Shown: piece by piece, positions 28,401 to 41,500 of the stretch | Layout of the letters: each line of letters begins with the position of its first letter | How positions within the stretch are numbered: the first letter of the stretch is position 1 | Source: the human T2T-CHM13v2.0 reference genome, Homo sapiens | Assembly: GCF_009914755.1 (NCBI RefSeq) | Contig: NC_060938.1 | DNA length: 64,000 bases | Strand: one strand, 5' to 3' | The notes under the pieces: model-generated | Database searches by the model: none | What the model was told of the DNA's origin: nothing | The model's input: the letters and a program-made list of their open reading frames with translations, nothing else | Position numbers and translations under genes: made by a program

Positions 28401-31400
28401 TGGAATGGAATCAACCCTAATGGAATGGAACGGAATGGAATGGAAAGGAATGGAATGGGATGGAATGGAATGGAATGGAATGGAATGGAATCAACCCGAA
28501 TGGGATGGCATGGAATGGAATCGAATGGAATGGACTGGAATGGAATGGAATGGACTGGAATGGAATCAACCCAAGTGCAATGGAATGGAATGGAATGCAA
28601 TGGAATCCACCCGAGTGGAATGGAATGGAATGGAATGGAATGGAATGGAAAGGAATGGAGTGGAATGGAATGGAATGGAGTGAAATGGAATAAACACCAG
28701 GGGAATGAAATGGATTGGAATGAATTGGAATGGAATGGAATGGAATGGAATGAAATCAACCCGAGTGGAATGGAACGCAATGGAATGAATGGAAGGGAAT
28801 GGTGTCGAATCAACACGAGAGGAATGGAATGGAATGGAATGGAAAGGAACGGAATGGAAAGGAAGGGAATGGAATGAACCCGAATGGAATGGAATGGAAT
28901 GGAATGGAATCAACACGAATGGAATGGAACGGAATGGATTGGGATGGGATGGAACGGAATGGAATGGAATGGAATGGAATCAACACGAAAGAAATGGGAC
29001 GGAATGGAATGTAATGGAATGGAATGGAATGGAATGAACCCGAATGGAATGGAATGGATTGGATTGGAATGGAGTGGAATCAACCCGAGCGGAAAGGAAT
29101 GGAATGGAATGGGGTGGAATGGAATGGAATGGAATGGAATGGAATCCACACGAATGGAATGGAACGGAATGGAATGGGATGGGATGAAATGGAATGGAAT
29201 GGAAGTTAATCAACACGAATGGAATGGAACGGAATGGAGTTGAATAGAATGGAATGGAATGAACCCGAATGGAATAGAATGGATTGGAATGGAATGGAAG
29301 GGAATCAACCCGAGCGGAAAGGAATGGAATGGAATGGAGTGGAATGGAATGGAATGTAACGGAATGGAATGGAATGGAATCAAAACGAATGGAATGGAAC
29401 GCAATGAAATGGCAAGGGATGGAATGCAATGGGATGGAAGTTAATCATCACGAATGGAATGGAACGGAATGGAATGGAACGGAACGGAATGGAATGGAAA
29501 GGAATGGAATGGAATGGAATGGAATGGAATGAAATGGAAAGGAAAGGAATGGAATCAACACGAGTGGAATGGAATGGAACTGAATGGAATCAACACGAGT
29601 GGAATGAAATGGAATGTAATGCAATGGCAGGGAGTGGAATCAACCCGAGTGGAATGGAATGGAATGGAATGGAACAAAATGGAATGGATCGGAATGGAAT
29701 CCAATGGAATCAACAGGAAGGGAATGGAATGGAATGGAATGGAATGGAATGGAATGGAATAAATCCGGGTGGAGTGGAATGGAATGTAATGGAGTGGAAT
29801 GTAATGGAATTTAGTGGAATGGAATGGAATGAAATGGAATGAAATGGATTGGATTGGAATGGAATCCAATGGAATCAACTGGAAAGGAATGGAATGAAAT
29901 GGAATGAAATTAATCCGGGTGGAGTGGAATGGAATGTAATGGAGTGGAATGGAATGGATTTTACTGGAATGGAATGGAATGGAATGGAATGGAATGGAAC
30001 GGAAACGAATGGAATGGAATGGATTGGAATGGAATGGAATGGAATCAACCTGAGCAGAAAGGAATGGAAAGGAATGGAGTGGAAAGGAATGTATGGAATG
30101 GAATGAAATGGAATGGAATGGAATGGAATCAACAAGAATGGAATGGAACGGAATGGAATGGGATGGGATGGAATGGAATGGAATGGAAGTTAATCAACAC
30201 GAATGGAATGGAACGGAATGGAATGGAATGGAATGGAATGGAATGGAACGGAACAGAATGGAATGGAATGGAATGGAATGGAATGCAATGAAATGGAAAG
30301 GAAGAGAATGGAATCAACACGAGTGGAATAGAATGGAACGGAATGGAATCAACCCGAGTGGAATGAAATGGAATGTAATGCAATGGGATTGAGTGGAATC
30401 AACCCGAGTGGAATGGAATCGAATGGAATTGAATGGACTGGAATGGAATGAAATGGAATGGATCGGAATGGAATCTAATGGAATCAACTGGAATGGAATG
30501 GAATGGAATGGAATAGAATGGAATAAATCCGGGTGGAGTGGAATGGAATGTACTGGAGTGGAATGTAATGGAATTTACTGGAATGGAATGGAATGGAATG
30601 GAATGAAATGGATTGGATCGGAATGGAATCCAATGGAATCAACTGGAATGGAATGGAATGGAAGGGAATGGAATAAATCCGGGTAGAGTGGAATGGAATG
30701 TAATGGAGTGGAAAGGAATGGAATGGAATAAATCCGGGTGGAGTGGAATGGAATGTAATGGAGTGGAATGGAATGGATTTTACTGGAATGGAATGGAATG
30801 GAGTGGAATGGAATGCAATCAACGCGAATGGAATGGAAAGGAATGGAATGGAAAGGAATGGAATGGAATGGAATGGAATGGAATGGAATGGAATGGAATG
30901 GAATCAAACCGAATGGGATGGCATGGAATGGAAATGAATGGAATGGAATGGAATGGAATGGAATGGAATGGAATGGATTGGATCGGAATGGAATCCAATG
31001 GACTCAACTGGAATGGAATGGAAAGGAATGGAATGGAATGGAATGGAATGGAATGGAATAAATCCGGGTGGAGTGGAATGGAATGTAATGGAGTGGAATG
31101 TAATGGAATTTAGTGGAATGGAATGGAATGGAATGGAATGGAATCAACCCGAATGGAATGGAACGGAATGGAATGCAATGGAATGGAATGGAATGGAAAG
31201 GAATGGAATGGAATGGAAGGGAATCAACCCGAATGAGATGGCATGGAATGGAATTGAATGGAATGGAATGGAATGGAATGGAATGGAATGGAATCCACCC
31301 AAGTGCAATGGAATGGAATGGAATGCAAAGGAATCCACCTGAGTGGAGTGGAATGGAATGGAACGGAATGGAATGGAATGGAATGGAGTGGAATGGAACG

Positions 31401-34400
31401 GAATGGAGTGGAATGGAATAAACACCAGGGGAATGAAATGGATTGGAATGAAATGGAATGGAATGAAATGAAATCAACCAGAGTGGAATGCAACAGAATG
31501 GAATTGAATGGAAAGGAATGAATGGAATGGAATGGGGTGGAATCCACACGAGAGGAATGGAATGGAATGGAATGGAAAGGAACGGAATGGAAAGCAGTGG
31601 AATGGAGTGAACCCGAATGGAATGGAATGGATCGGAATGGAATGGAATGGAATCAACCCGAGCAGAAAGGAATGGAATGCAATGGGGTGGAATGAAATGT
31701 AATGTAATGGAATGGAATGGAATGGAATCAACACGAATGGAATGGAATGCAATGGAATTGGATGGGATGGAATGGAATGGAATGGAAGTTAATCAACACG
31801 AATGGAATGGATCCGAATGTAATCGAATGGAATGGAATGGAATGGAATGAAATGGAAAGGAACGGATTGGAATCAACACGAGTGGAATGGAATGGAACGG
31901 AATGGAATCAACCCGAGTGGAATGAAATGGAATGTAATGCAATGGGATGGAGTGGAATCAACCCGAGTGGAATGGAAAGGAATGGAATGAAATGGAATGG
32001 AATGGAATGGAATGGAATGGATTGGAATGGAATCCAATGGAATCAACTGGAATGGAATGGAATGGAATGGAATGGAATGGAATGGAATGGAATGGAATAA
32101 ATCCGGGTTTAGTGGAATGGAATGTAATGGAGTGGAATGTAATGGAATTTAGTGGAATGGAATGGAATGGATTGGAATGGAATGAAATGGATTGGATCGG
32201 AATGGAAGGCAATGGAATCAACTGGAATGGAATGGAATGGAATGGAATGGAATGGAATGGAATGGAATGGAATGGAATAAATCCGGGTTGAGTGGAATGG
32301 AATGTAATGGAGTAGAATGTAATGGAATTTAGTGGAATGGAATGGAATGGAATGGAATGGAATGGAAAGGAATCAACCCGAATGGAATGGAAAGGAATCG
32401 AATGGAAATAAATGGAATGGAATGGAATGGAATCAACCCAAGTGCAATGGAATTCAATGGAATGCAATGGAGCCACCCGAGTGGAATGGAATGGAATGGA
32501 ATGGAATGGAATGGAATGGAGTGGAAAGGAACGGAATGGAGTGGAATGGAATAAACACCAGGGGAATGAAATGGATTGGAATAAAATGGAATGGAATGGA
32601 ATGGAATAGAATGAAATCAACCCGAGTGGAATGGAACGGAATGGAATGGAATGGAAAGGAATGAATGGAAGGGAATGCTGTGGAATCAACACGAGAGGAA
32701 TGGAATGGAATGGCATGGAACGAAACAGAATGGAAAGGAATTGAAAGGAATGAACCCGAATGGAATGGAATGGATTGGAATGGAAGGGAATTGAATCAAC
32801 CCGAGCGGAAAGGAATGGAATGGAATGGAGTGGAATGGAATGTAATGGAATGGAATGGAATGGAAAGGAATCAACACGAATGGAATGGAACGGAATGGAA
32901 TGGGATGGGATGGAATGGAATGGAATGGAAGTTAATCAACACGAATGGAATGGATCGGAATGTAATCGAATGGAATGGAATTTAATGGAATGAAATGGAA
33001 AGGAACGGAATGGATTCAACACGAGTGGAATGGAATGGAATAAAATGGAAAGGAACAGAATTGAATCAACACGAGTGGAATGGAATGGAACGGAATGGAA
33101 TCAACCCGAGTGGAATGAAATGGAATGTAATGCAATGGGATGGAGTAGAATCAACCCGAGTGGAATGGAATGGAATGGAATGAAATGGAATGGATCGGAA
33201 TGGAATCCATGGAATCAACTGGAATGGAATGGAATGGAATGGAATGGAATGGAATAAATCCGGGTGGAGTGGAATGGAATGTAATGGAGTGGAATGTAAT
33301 GGAATTTAGTGGAATGGAATGGAATGGAATGGAATGGAATGGAATAGAATGAAATGGATTGGATAGGAATGGAATCCAATGGAATCAACTGGAATGGAAT
33401 GGAATGGAATGGAAAGGAGTGGAATAAATCCGGGTGGAGTGCAATGGAATGTAATGGAGTGGAATGGAATGGAATTTAGTGGAATGGAATGGAATGGAAT
33501 GGAATCAACCCGAGTGGAATGGAACGGAATGGAATGCAAAGGAATGGAATGGAATGGAATGGAATGGAATCAACCCGAATGGAATGGCATGGAATGGCAT
33601 TGAATGGAATGGACTGTAATGGAATGGAATGGAATGGAATCAACCCAAGCGCAATGGAATGGAATGGAATGCAATGGAATCCAACCGAGTGTAATGGAAT
33701 GGAATGGAATGGAATGGAATGGAATGGAATGGAATGGAGTGGAATGGAACGGAATGGAGTGGAATGCAATGTAATGGAGTGGAATGAAATGGAATTTAGT
33801 GGAGTGGAATGGAATGGAATGGAATGGAATTAACACGAATGGAATGGAACGGAATGGAATGGGATTTGATGGAATGGAAAGGAATGGCAGTTAATCAACA
33901 CGAATGGAATGGAAAGGAATGGAATGGAATGGAATGGAATGGAATGAAATGGAAAGGAACGGAATGGAATCAACACGATTGGAATGGAATGGAAAGGAAT
34001 GGAATCAACCCGAGTGGAATGAAATGGAATGTAATGCAATGGGATGGAGTGGAATCAACCCGAGTGGAATGGAATGGAATCTAATGGAATGGAGTGAAAT
34101 GGAATGAATCGGAATGGAATCCAATGGAATCAACTGGAATGGAATGGAATGGAATGGAATGGAATGGAATGAAATGGATTGGATCGGAATGGAATCCAAT
34201 GGAATAAACTGGAATGGAATGGAATGGAATGGAATAAATCCGGTTGGAGTGGAATGGTATGTAATGGAGTGGAAAGGAATTGAATTTAGTGGAATGGAGT
34301 GGAATGGAATATAATGGAGTGGAAAGGAATTGAATTTAGTGGAATGGAATGGAATGGAATGGAATGGAATGGCATGGAATGGCATGGAATGGAATGGAAT

Positions 34401-37400
34401 GGAATGGAATGGAATGGTATGGAATGGAATGGAATCAACCCGAATGGGATGGCATGGAATGGAATGGAATGGAATGGAATGGAATGGAATGGAATGGAAT
34501 CAACCCAAGTGCAATGGAATGGAATGCAATGCAATGGAATCCACCCGAGTGGAATGGAGTGGAATGGAATGGAATGGAATGGAATGGAGTGGAATGGAAC
34601 GTAATGGAGAGGAATGGAATAAACACCAGGGGAATGAAATGGATTGGAATGAAATGGAATGGAATGGAATGGAATGGAATGGAATGGAATGGAGTGAAAT
34701 CAACCCGAGTGGAATGCAACGGAATGGAATGGAATGGAAAGGAATGAATGGAATGGAGTGGTGTGGAATCAACACAAGAGTAATGGAATGGAATGGAATG
34801 GAATGGAACGCAATGGAAAGGAATGGAATGGAATGAACCCGAATGGAATGGAATGGATTGGAATGGAATGGAATGGAATGGAATGGAATGGAATGAACCC
34901 GAATGGAATGGAATGGATTGGAATGGAATGGAATGGAATCAACCCGAACGGAAAGGAATGGAATGGAATGGAGTGGAATGGAATGAAATGGAATGGAATG
35001 GAATGGAATGGAATGGAATCAACACGAATGGAGTGGAACGGAATGGAATGGGATGGGATGGAATGGAATGGAATGGAAGTTAATCAACACCAATGGAATG
35101 GAACGGTGTGGAATGGAATGGAATGGAAAGGAATGGAATAAACCCGAATGGAATGGAATGGATTGGAATGGAATCAACCCGACTGGAATGATATGGAATG
35201 AAATGCAATGGGATGGAGTGGAATCAACCCGAGTGGAATGGAATGGAATGGAATGAAATGGAATGGATCGGAATGGAATCCAATGGAATCAACTGGAATG
35301 GAATGGAATGGAACGGAATGGAATGGAAGGGAATAAATCAGGGTGGAATGGAATGGAATGTAATGGAGTGGAATGTAATGGAATTTAGTGGAATGGAATG
35401 GAATGGAATGGAATGGAAAGGAATGGAATGGAATGAAATGGATTGGATTGGAATGGAATCCAATGGAATCAACTGGAATGGAATGGAATGGAATGGAATG
35501 GAGTGGAATAAATCCGGGTGGAGTGGAATGGAATGTAATGGAGTGGAATGGAATGGAATTTAGTGGAATGGAATGGAATGGAATGCAATGGAATGGAATG
35601 GAATGGAATGGAATGGAATGGAATCAACCCGAATGGAATGGAACGGAATGGAATGGAAAGGAATGGAATGGAATGGATTCAACCCGAATGGAATGGAATG
35701 GAAAGGAATGGAACGGAATGGAATGGAATCAACCCAAATGGGATGGCATGGAATGGAATGGAATGGAATGGAATGGAATGGAATGGAATCAACCCAAGTG
35801 CAATGGAAAGGAATGGAATGCAATGGAATCCACCCGAGTGGAATGGAATGGAATGGAATGGAATGGAATGGAATGGAATGGAGTGGAATGGAAAGGAATG
35901 GAGTGGAATGGAATAAACACCAGGGGAATGAAATGGATTGGAATGAATTTGAATGGAATCGAATGGAATGGAATGAAATAAACCGAGTGGAATGGAACGG
36001 AATGGAATGGAATGGAAAGGAATGAATGGAATGGAGTGGTGTGGAATCAACACGAGAGGAATGGAATGGTATGGAACGGAACGGAATGGAAAGGAATGGA
36101 ATGGAATGAACCCGAATGGAATGGAATGGATTGAATTGGAATGGAATGGAATCAACCCGAGCAGAAAGGAATGGAATGGAATGGAGTGGAATGGAATGTA
36201 ATGGAATGGAATTGAATGGAATGGAATGGAATCAACCCGAGAGGAAAGGAATGGAATGGAATTGAGTGGAATGTAATGTAATGTAAAGGAATGGAATGGA
36301 ATCACCACGAATGGAATGGAACGGAATGGAATGGGATGGGATGGAATGGAATGGAATGGAAGTTAATCAACACGAATGGAATGGAACGGAATGGAATGGA
36401 ATGGAATGGAATGGAATGGAATGGAATGGAATGGAGTGGAATGGAATGGGATGGATTGGAATGGAATAAACACCAGGAGAATGAAATGGATTGGAATGAA
36501 ATGGAATGGAATGGAATGCAATGGAATGAAATCAACCCGTGTGGAATGGAACGGAATGGAATTGAATGGAAAGGAATGAATGGAATGGAATGCTGTGGAA
36601 TCAACACGAGAGGAATGGAATGGAATGGAATGGAAAGCAATGGAATGGAATGAAATGGAATGGAATGATCCCGAATGGAATGCAATGGATTGGAATGGAA
36701 TGGAATGGAATCAACTCGAGCGGAAAGGAATGGAATGGAATGGAGTGGAATGGAATGTAATGGAATGGAATGGAATCAACACGAATATAATGGAACGGAA
36801 TGGAATGGGATGGGATGGAATGGCATGGAATGGAAGTTAATCAACACGAATGGAATGGAACGGAATGGAAAGGAATGGAATGGAATGAAATGTAAAGGAA
36901 CGGAATGGAATCAACACGAGTGGAATGGAATGGAATGGAATGGAATCAACCCGAGTGGAATGAAATGGAATGCAATGCAGTGGGATGGAGTGGAGTCAAC
37001 CCGAGTGGAATGGAATGGAATGGAATGAAATGGAATGGATCGGAATGGAATCCAATGGAATCTACTGGAATGGAATGGTATAGAATGGAATAAATTCGGG
37101 TGGAGTGGAATGGAATGTAATGGAGTGGAATGGAATGGAATTTAGTGGAGTGGAATGGAATGGAATGGAATGGAAAGGAACGGAATGGAATCAACACGAG
37201 TGGAATGGAATGGAATGGAATGGAATCAACCCCAGTTGAATTAACTGGAATGGAATGCAACGGGATGGAGTGGAATCAACCCGAGTGGAATGGAATGGAA
37301 TGGAATGGGATGTAATGGAATGGAATGGAATGGAATGGAATGAAATGGAATGGATCGGAATGGAATCCAATGGAATCAACTGGAATGGAATGGAATGGAA

Positions 37401-38579
37401 TGGAATGGAACGGAATGGAAACAACACGAATGGAATGGAACGGATTGAAATGGAAATGAATGGAAACAACACGAATGGAATGGAACGGATTGTAATGGAA
37501 ATGAATGGAATGGAATGGAATGGAATGGAATGGAATGGAATCAACCCAAGTGCAATGGAATGGAATGGAATGCAATGGAATCCACCCGAGTGGAATGGAA
37601 TGGAATGGAATGGAATGGAATGGAATGGAATGGAATGCAATGGAGTGGAATGGAACGGAATGGAGTGGAATGCAATAAACACCAGGGGAATGAAATTGAT
37701 TGGAATGAAGTGGAATGGAATGGAATGGAATGGAATGAAATCAACCCGAGTGGAATGGAACGGAATGGAATGGAATGGAAAGGAATGAATGGAAAGGAAT
37801 GGTGTGGAATCAACACGAAAGGAATGGAATGGAATGGAATGGAACGGAACGGAATGGAAAGGAATGGAATGAAATGAACCCGAATGGAATGGAATGGATT
37901 GGAATGGAATGGAATGGAATCAACCCGAGCGGAAAGGAATGGAATGGAATAGAGTGGAATGTAATGTAATGGAATGGAATGGAATGGAATCAACACAAAT
38001 GGAATGGAACGGAATGGAATGGGATAGGATGGAATGGTATGGAATGGAAGTTAATCAACACGAATGGAATGGAACGGAATGGAATGGAATGGATTGGAAA
38101 GGAATGGAATGGAATGGAATGGAATGGAATGGAATGGAATGGAATGGAATGGAATCAAATGGAAAGGAACAGAATGGAAACAACACGAGTGGAATGGAAT
38201 GGAATGGAATGGAATCAACCCCAGTGGAATGAACTGGAATGTAATGCAATGGGATGCAGTGGAATCAACCCGAGTGGCATGGAATGGAATGGAATGGAAT
38301 GGAATGGAATGAAATGGAATCCAATGGAATCTATGGAATGGAATGGAATGGAATGGAATGGAATGGAATGGAATGGAATGCAATGCAATGCAATGGAATA
38401 AATCTGGGTGGAGTGGAATGGAATGAAACGGAGTGGAATGTAATGGAATTTAGTGAAATGGAATGGAATGGAATGGAATGGAATGGAATGAAATGGACTG
38501 GATCGGAATGGAATCCAATGGAATCAACTGGAATGGAATGGAATGGAATAAATCCGGGTGGAGTGGAATGGAATGTAAT

Positions 38580-41500
38580 GGAATGGAATCAACAGGAATG
38601 CAATGGAACGGAATGGGATGGGATGGGATGGAATGGAATGGAATGGAAGTTAATCAACACGAATGGAATGGAACGGAATGGAATGTAATGGAATGGAATG
38701 GAATGGAATGGAATGAACCCGAATGGAATGGAATGGATTGGAATGGAATGGAAAGGAATGGTATGGAATGGAGTGGAATGTAATGTAATGTAATGGAAAG
38801 GAATGGAATGGAATCAACATGAATGGAATGGAACGGAATGGAATTGGATGGGATCAATGGAATTGAATGGAAGTTAATCAACAAGAATGGAATGGAACGG
38901 AATCGAATGGAATGGAATGGAATAAACCCGAATGGAATGGAGTGGATTGGAATGGAATGGAATGGAATGGAATGGAATGGAATCAACACGAATGGAATGG
39001 AACGGAATGGAATGCGATGGGATGAAATGTAATGGAATGGAAGTTATTCAACACGAATGGAACATAACGGAATGGAATGGAATGGAATAGAATGGAATGG
39101 AATGGAATGGAATGAAATGTAAAGGAACGGAATGGAATCCACACGAGTGGAATGGAATGGAACGGAATGGAATCAACCCGAGTGGAATGAAATGGAATGT
39201 AATGCAATGGGATGGAATGGAATCAACCTGAGTTGAATGGAATGGAATGGAATAGAATGGAATGGAATGGAATGAATCGGAATGGAATCCAATGGAATCA
39301 ACTGGAATGAAATGGAATGGAATGGAATGGAATGGAATGGAATGGAATAAATCCGAGTGGAGTGGAATAGAATGTAATGGAGTGGAATGTAAAGGAATTT
39401 AGTGGAATGGAATGGAATGGACTGGAATGGAATGGAATGAAATGGATTGGATCGGTGTGGAATCCATTGAAATCAACTGGAATGGAATGGAATGGAATAG
39501 ATTAAATCCGGGTGGAGTGCGATGGAATGTAATGGAGTGGAATGGAATGGAATTTAATAGAATGGAATGGAATGGAATGGAATGGAATGGAATGGAATGG
39601 AATAGAATCAACCCAAGTGCAATGCAATGGAATGGAATGCAATGGAATCCACCCGAGTGGAATGGAATGGAATGGAATGGAATGGAATGGAATGGAATGG
39701 AGTGGAATGGAACGGAATGGAGTGGATTGGAATAAACACCAGGGGAATGAAATGGTTTGGAATGAAATGGAATGGAATGGAATGAAATAAACCGAGTGGA
39801 ATGGAACAGAATGGAATGGAATGGAAAGGAATGAATGGAATGGAATGGTGTGGAATCAACACGAGAGGAATGGAATGGTATGGAATGGAATGGAATGGAA
39901 AGGAATGGAATGGAATGAACCCGAATGGAATGGAATGGAATGGATTGGAATGGAATGGAATGGAATCAACCCGAGTGGAAAGGAATGGAATGGAATGGAG
40001 TGGAATGGAATGTAATGGAGTGGAATGGAATGGAATTTAGTGGAATGGAATGGAATGCAGTGGAATGGAATAGAATGAACCCGAATGGAATCGAATGGAC
40101 TGGAATGGAATGGAATGGAATCAACCCGAGCGGAAAGGAATCTAATGGAATGGAGTGGAATGGAATGGAATCAACACGAATGGAATGGAACGGAATGGAA
40201 TGGGATGGGATGGAATGGAATGGAATGGAATGGAAGTTAATCAACACGAATGGAATAGAACGGAATGGAATGGATTGGAATGGAATGGAATGGAATGGAA
40301 TGAAATGGAAAGGAATGGAATGGAATCAACACGAGTGGAATGGAATGGAACGGAATGGAATCAACCCGAGTGGAATGAAATTGAATGTAATGCAATAGGA
40401 TGGAGTGGAATCAACCCGAGTGGAATGGAATGGAATGGAATGGAATGGAATGGAATCAATCAGAATGGCATCCAATGGAATCACCTGGAATGGAATGGAA
40501 AGGAATGGAATGGAATAAATCCGGGTGGATTGGAATGCAATGTAATGGAGTGGAAATTAATGGAATTTAGTGGAATGGAATGGAATGGAATGGAATGATA
40601 TCGATTGGATCGGAATGGAATCCAATGGAATCAAATGGAATGGAATGGAATGGAATGGAATGGAATAAATCCGGGTGGAGTTGAATGGAATGTAATGGAG
40701 TGGAATGGAATGGAATTTACTGGAATGGAATCAACCCGAATGGGATGGAATGGAATGGAATTGAATGGAATGCAATGGAATGGAATGGAATGGAATGGAA
40801 TGGAATGGAATGGAATCAACCAAAGTGCAATGGAATGGAATGGAATGGAATGGAATCCACCCTAGTGGAATGGAATGGAATGGAATGGAATGGAATGGAA
40901 TGGAATGGAATGGAACGGAATGGAATAAACAATAGGGGAATGAAATGGATTGGAATGAAATGGATTGGAATGGAAGGGAATGGAATGAAATCAACCCGAG
41001 TGGAATGGAACGCAATGGAATGGAATGGAAAGGAATGAATGGAATGGAATGGTGTGGAATCAACACGAGAGAAATGGAATGGAATGGAATGGAACGGAAC
41101 GGAATGGAAAGGAATGGAATGGAATGAACCCGAATGGAATGGAATGGATTGGAATGGAATGGAATGGAATCAAACCGAGTGGAAAGTAATGGAATGTAAT
41201 GGAGTGGAATGCAATGGAATTTAGTGGAATGGAATGGAATGGAATGGAATGGAATCAACCCGAATGGAATGGAAGAGAATGGAATGGAAAGGAATGGAAT
41301 GGAATGGAATGGAATGGAATGGAATGGAAAGGAATGGAATGGAATCAACACGAATGGAATGGAACGGAATGGAATGGTATGGGATGGAATGGAATGGAAG
41401 GGAAGTTAATCAACACGAATGGAATGGAACGAAATGGAATGGAATGGAATGGAATGGAATGGGATGAAATGGAAAGGAACGGAGTGGAATCAACACAGGT

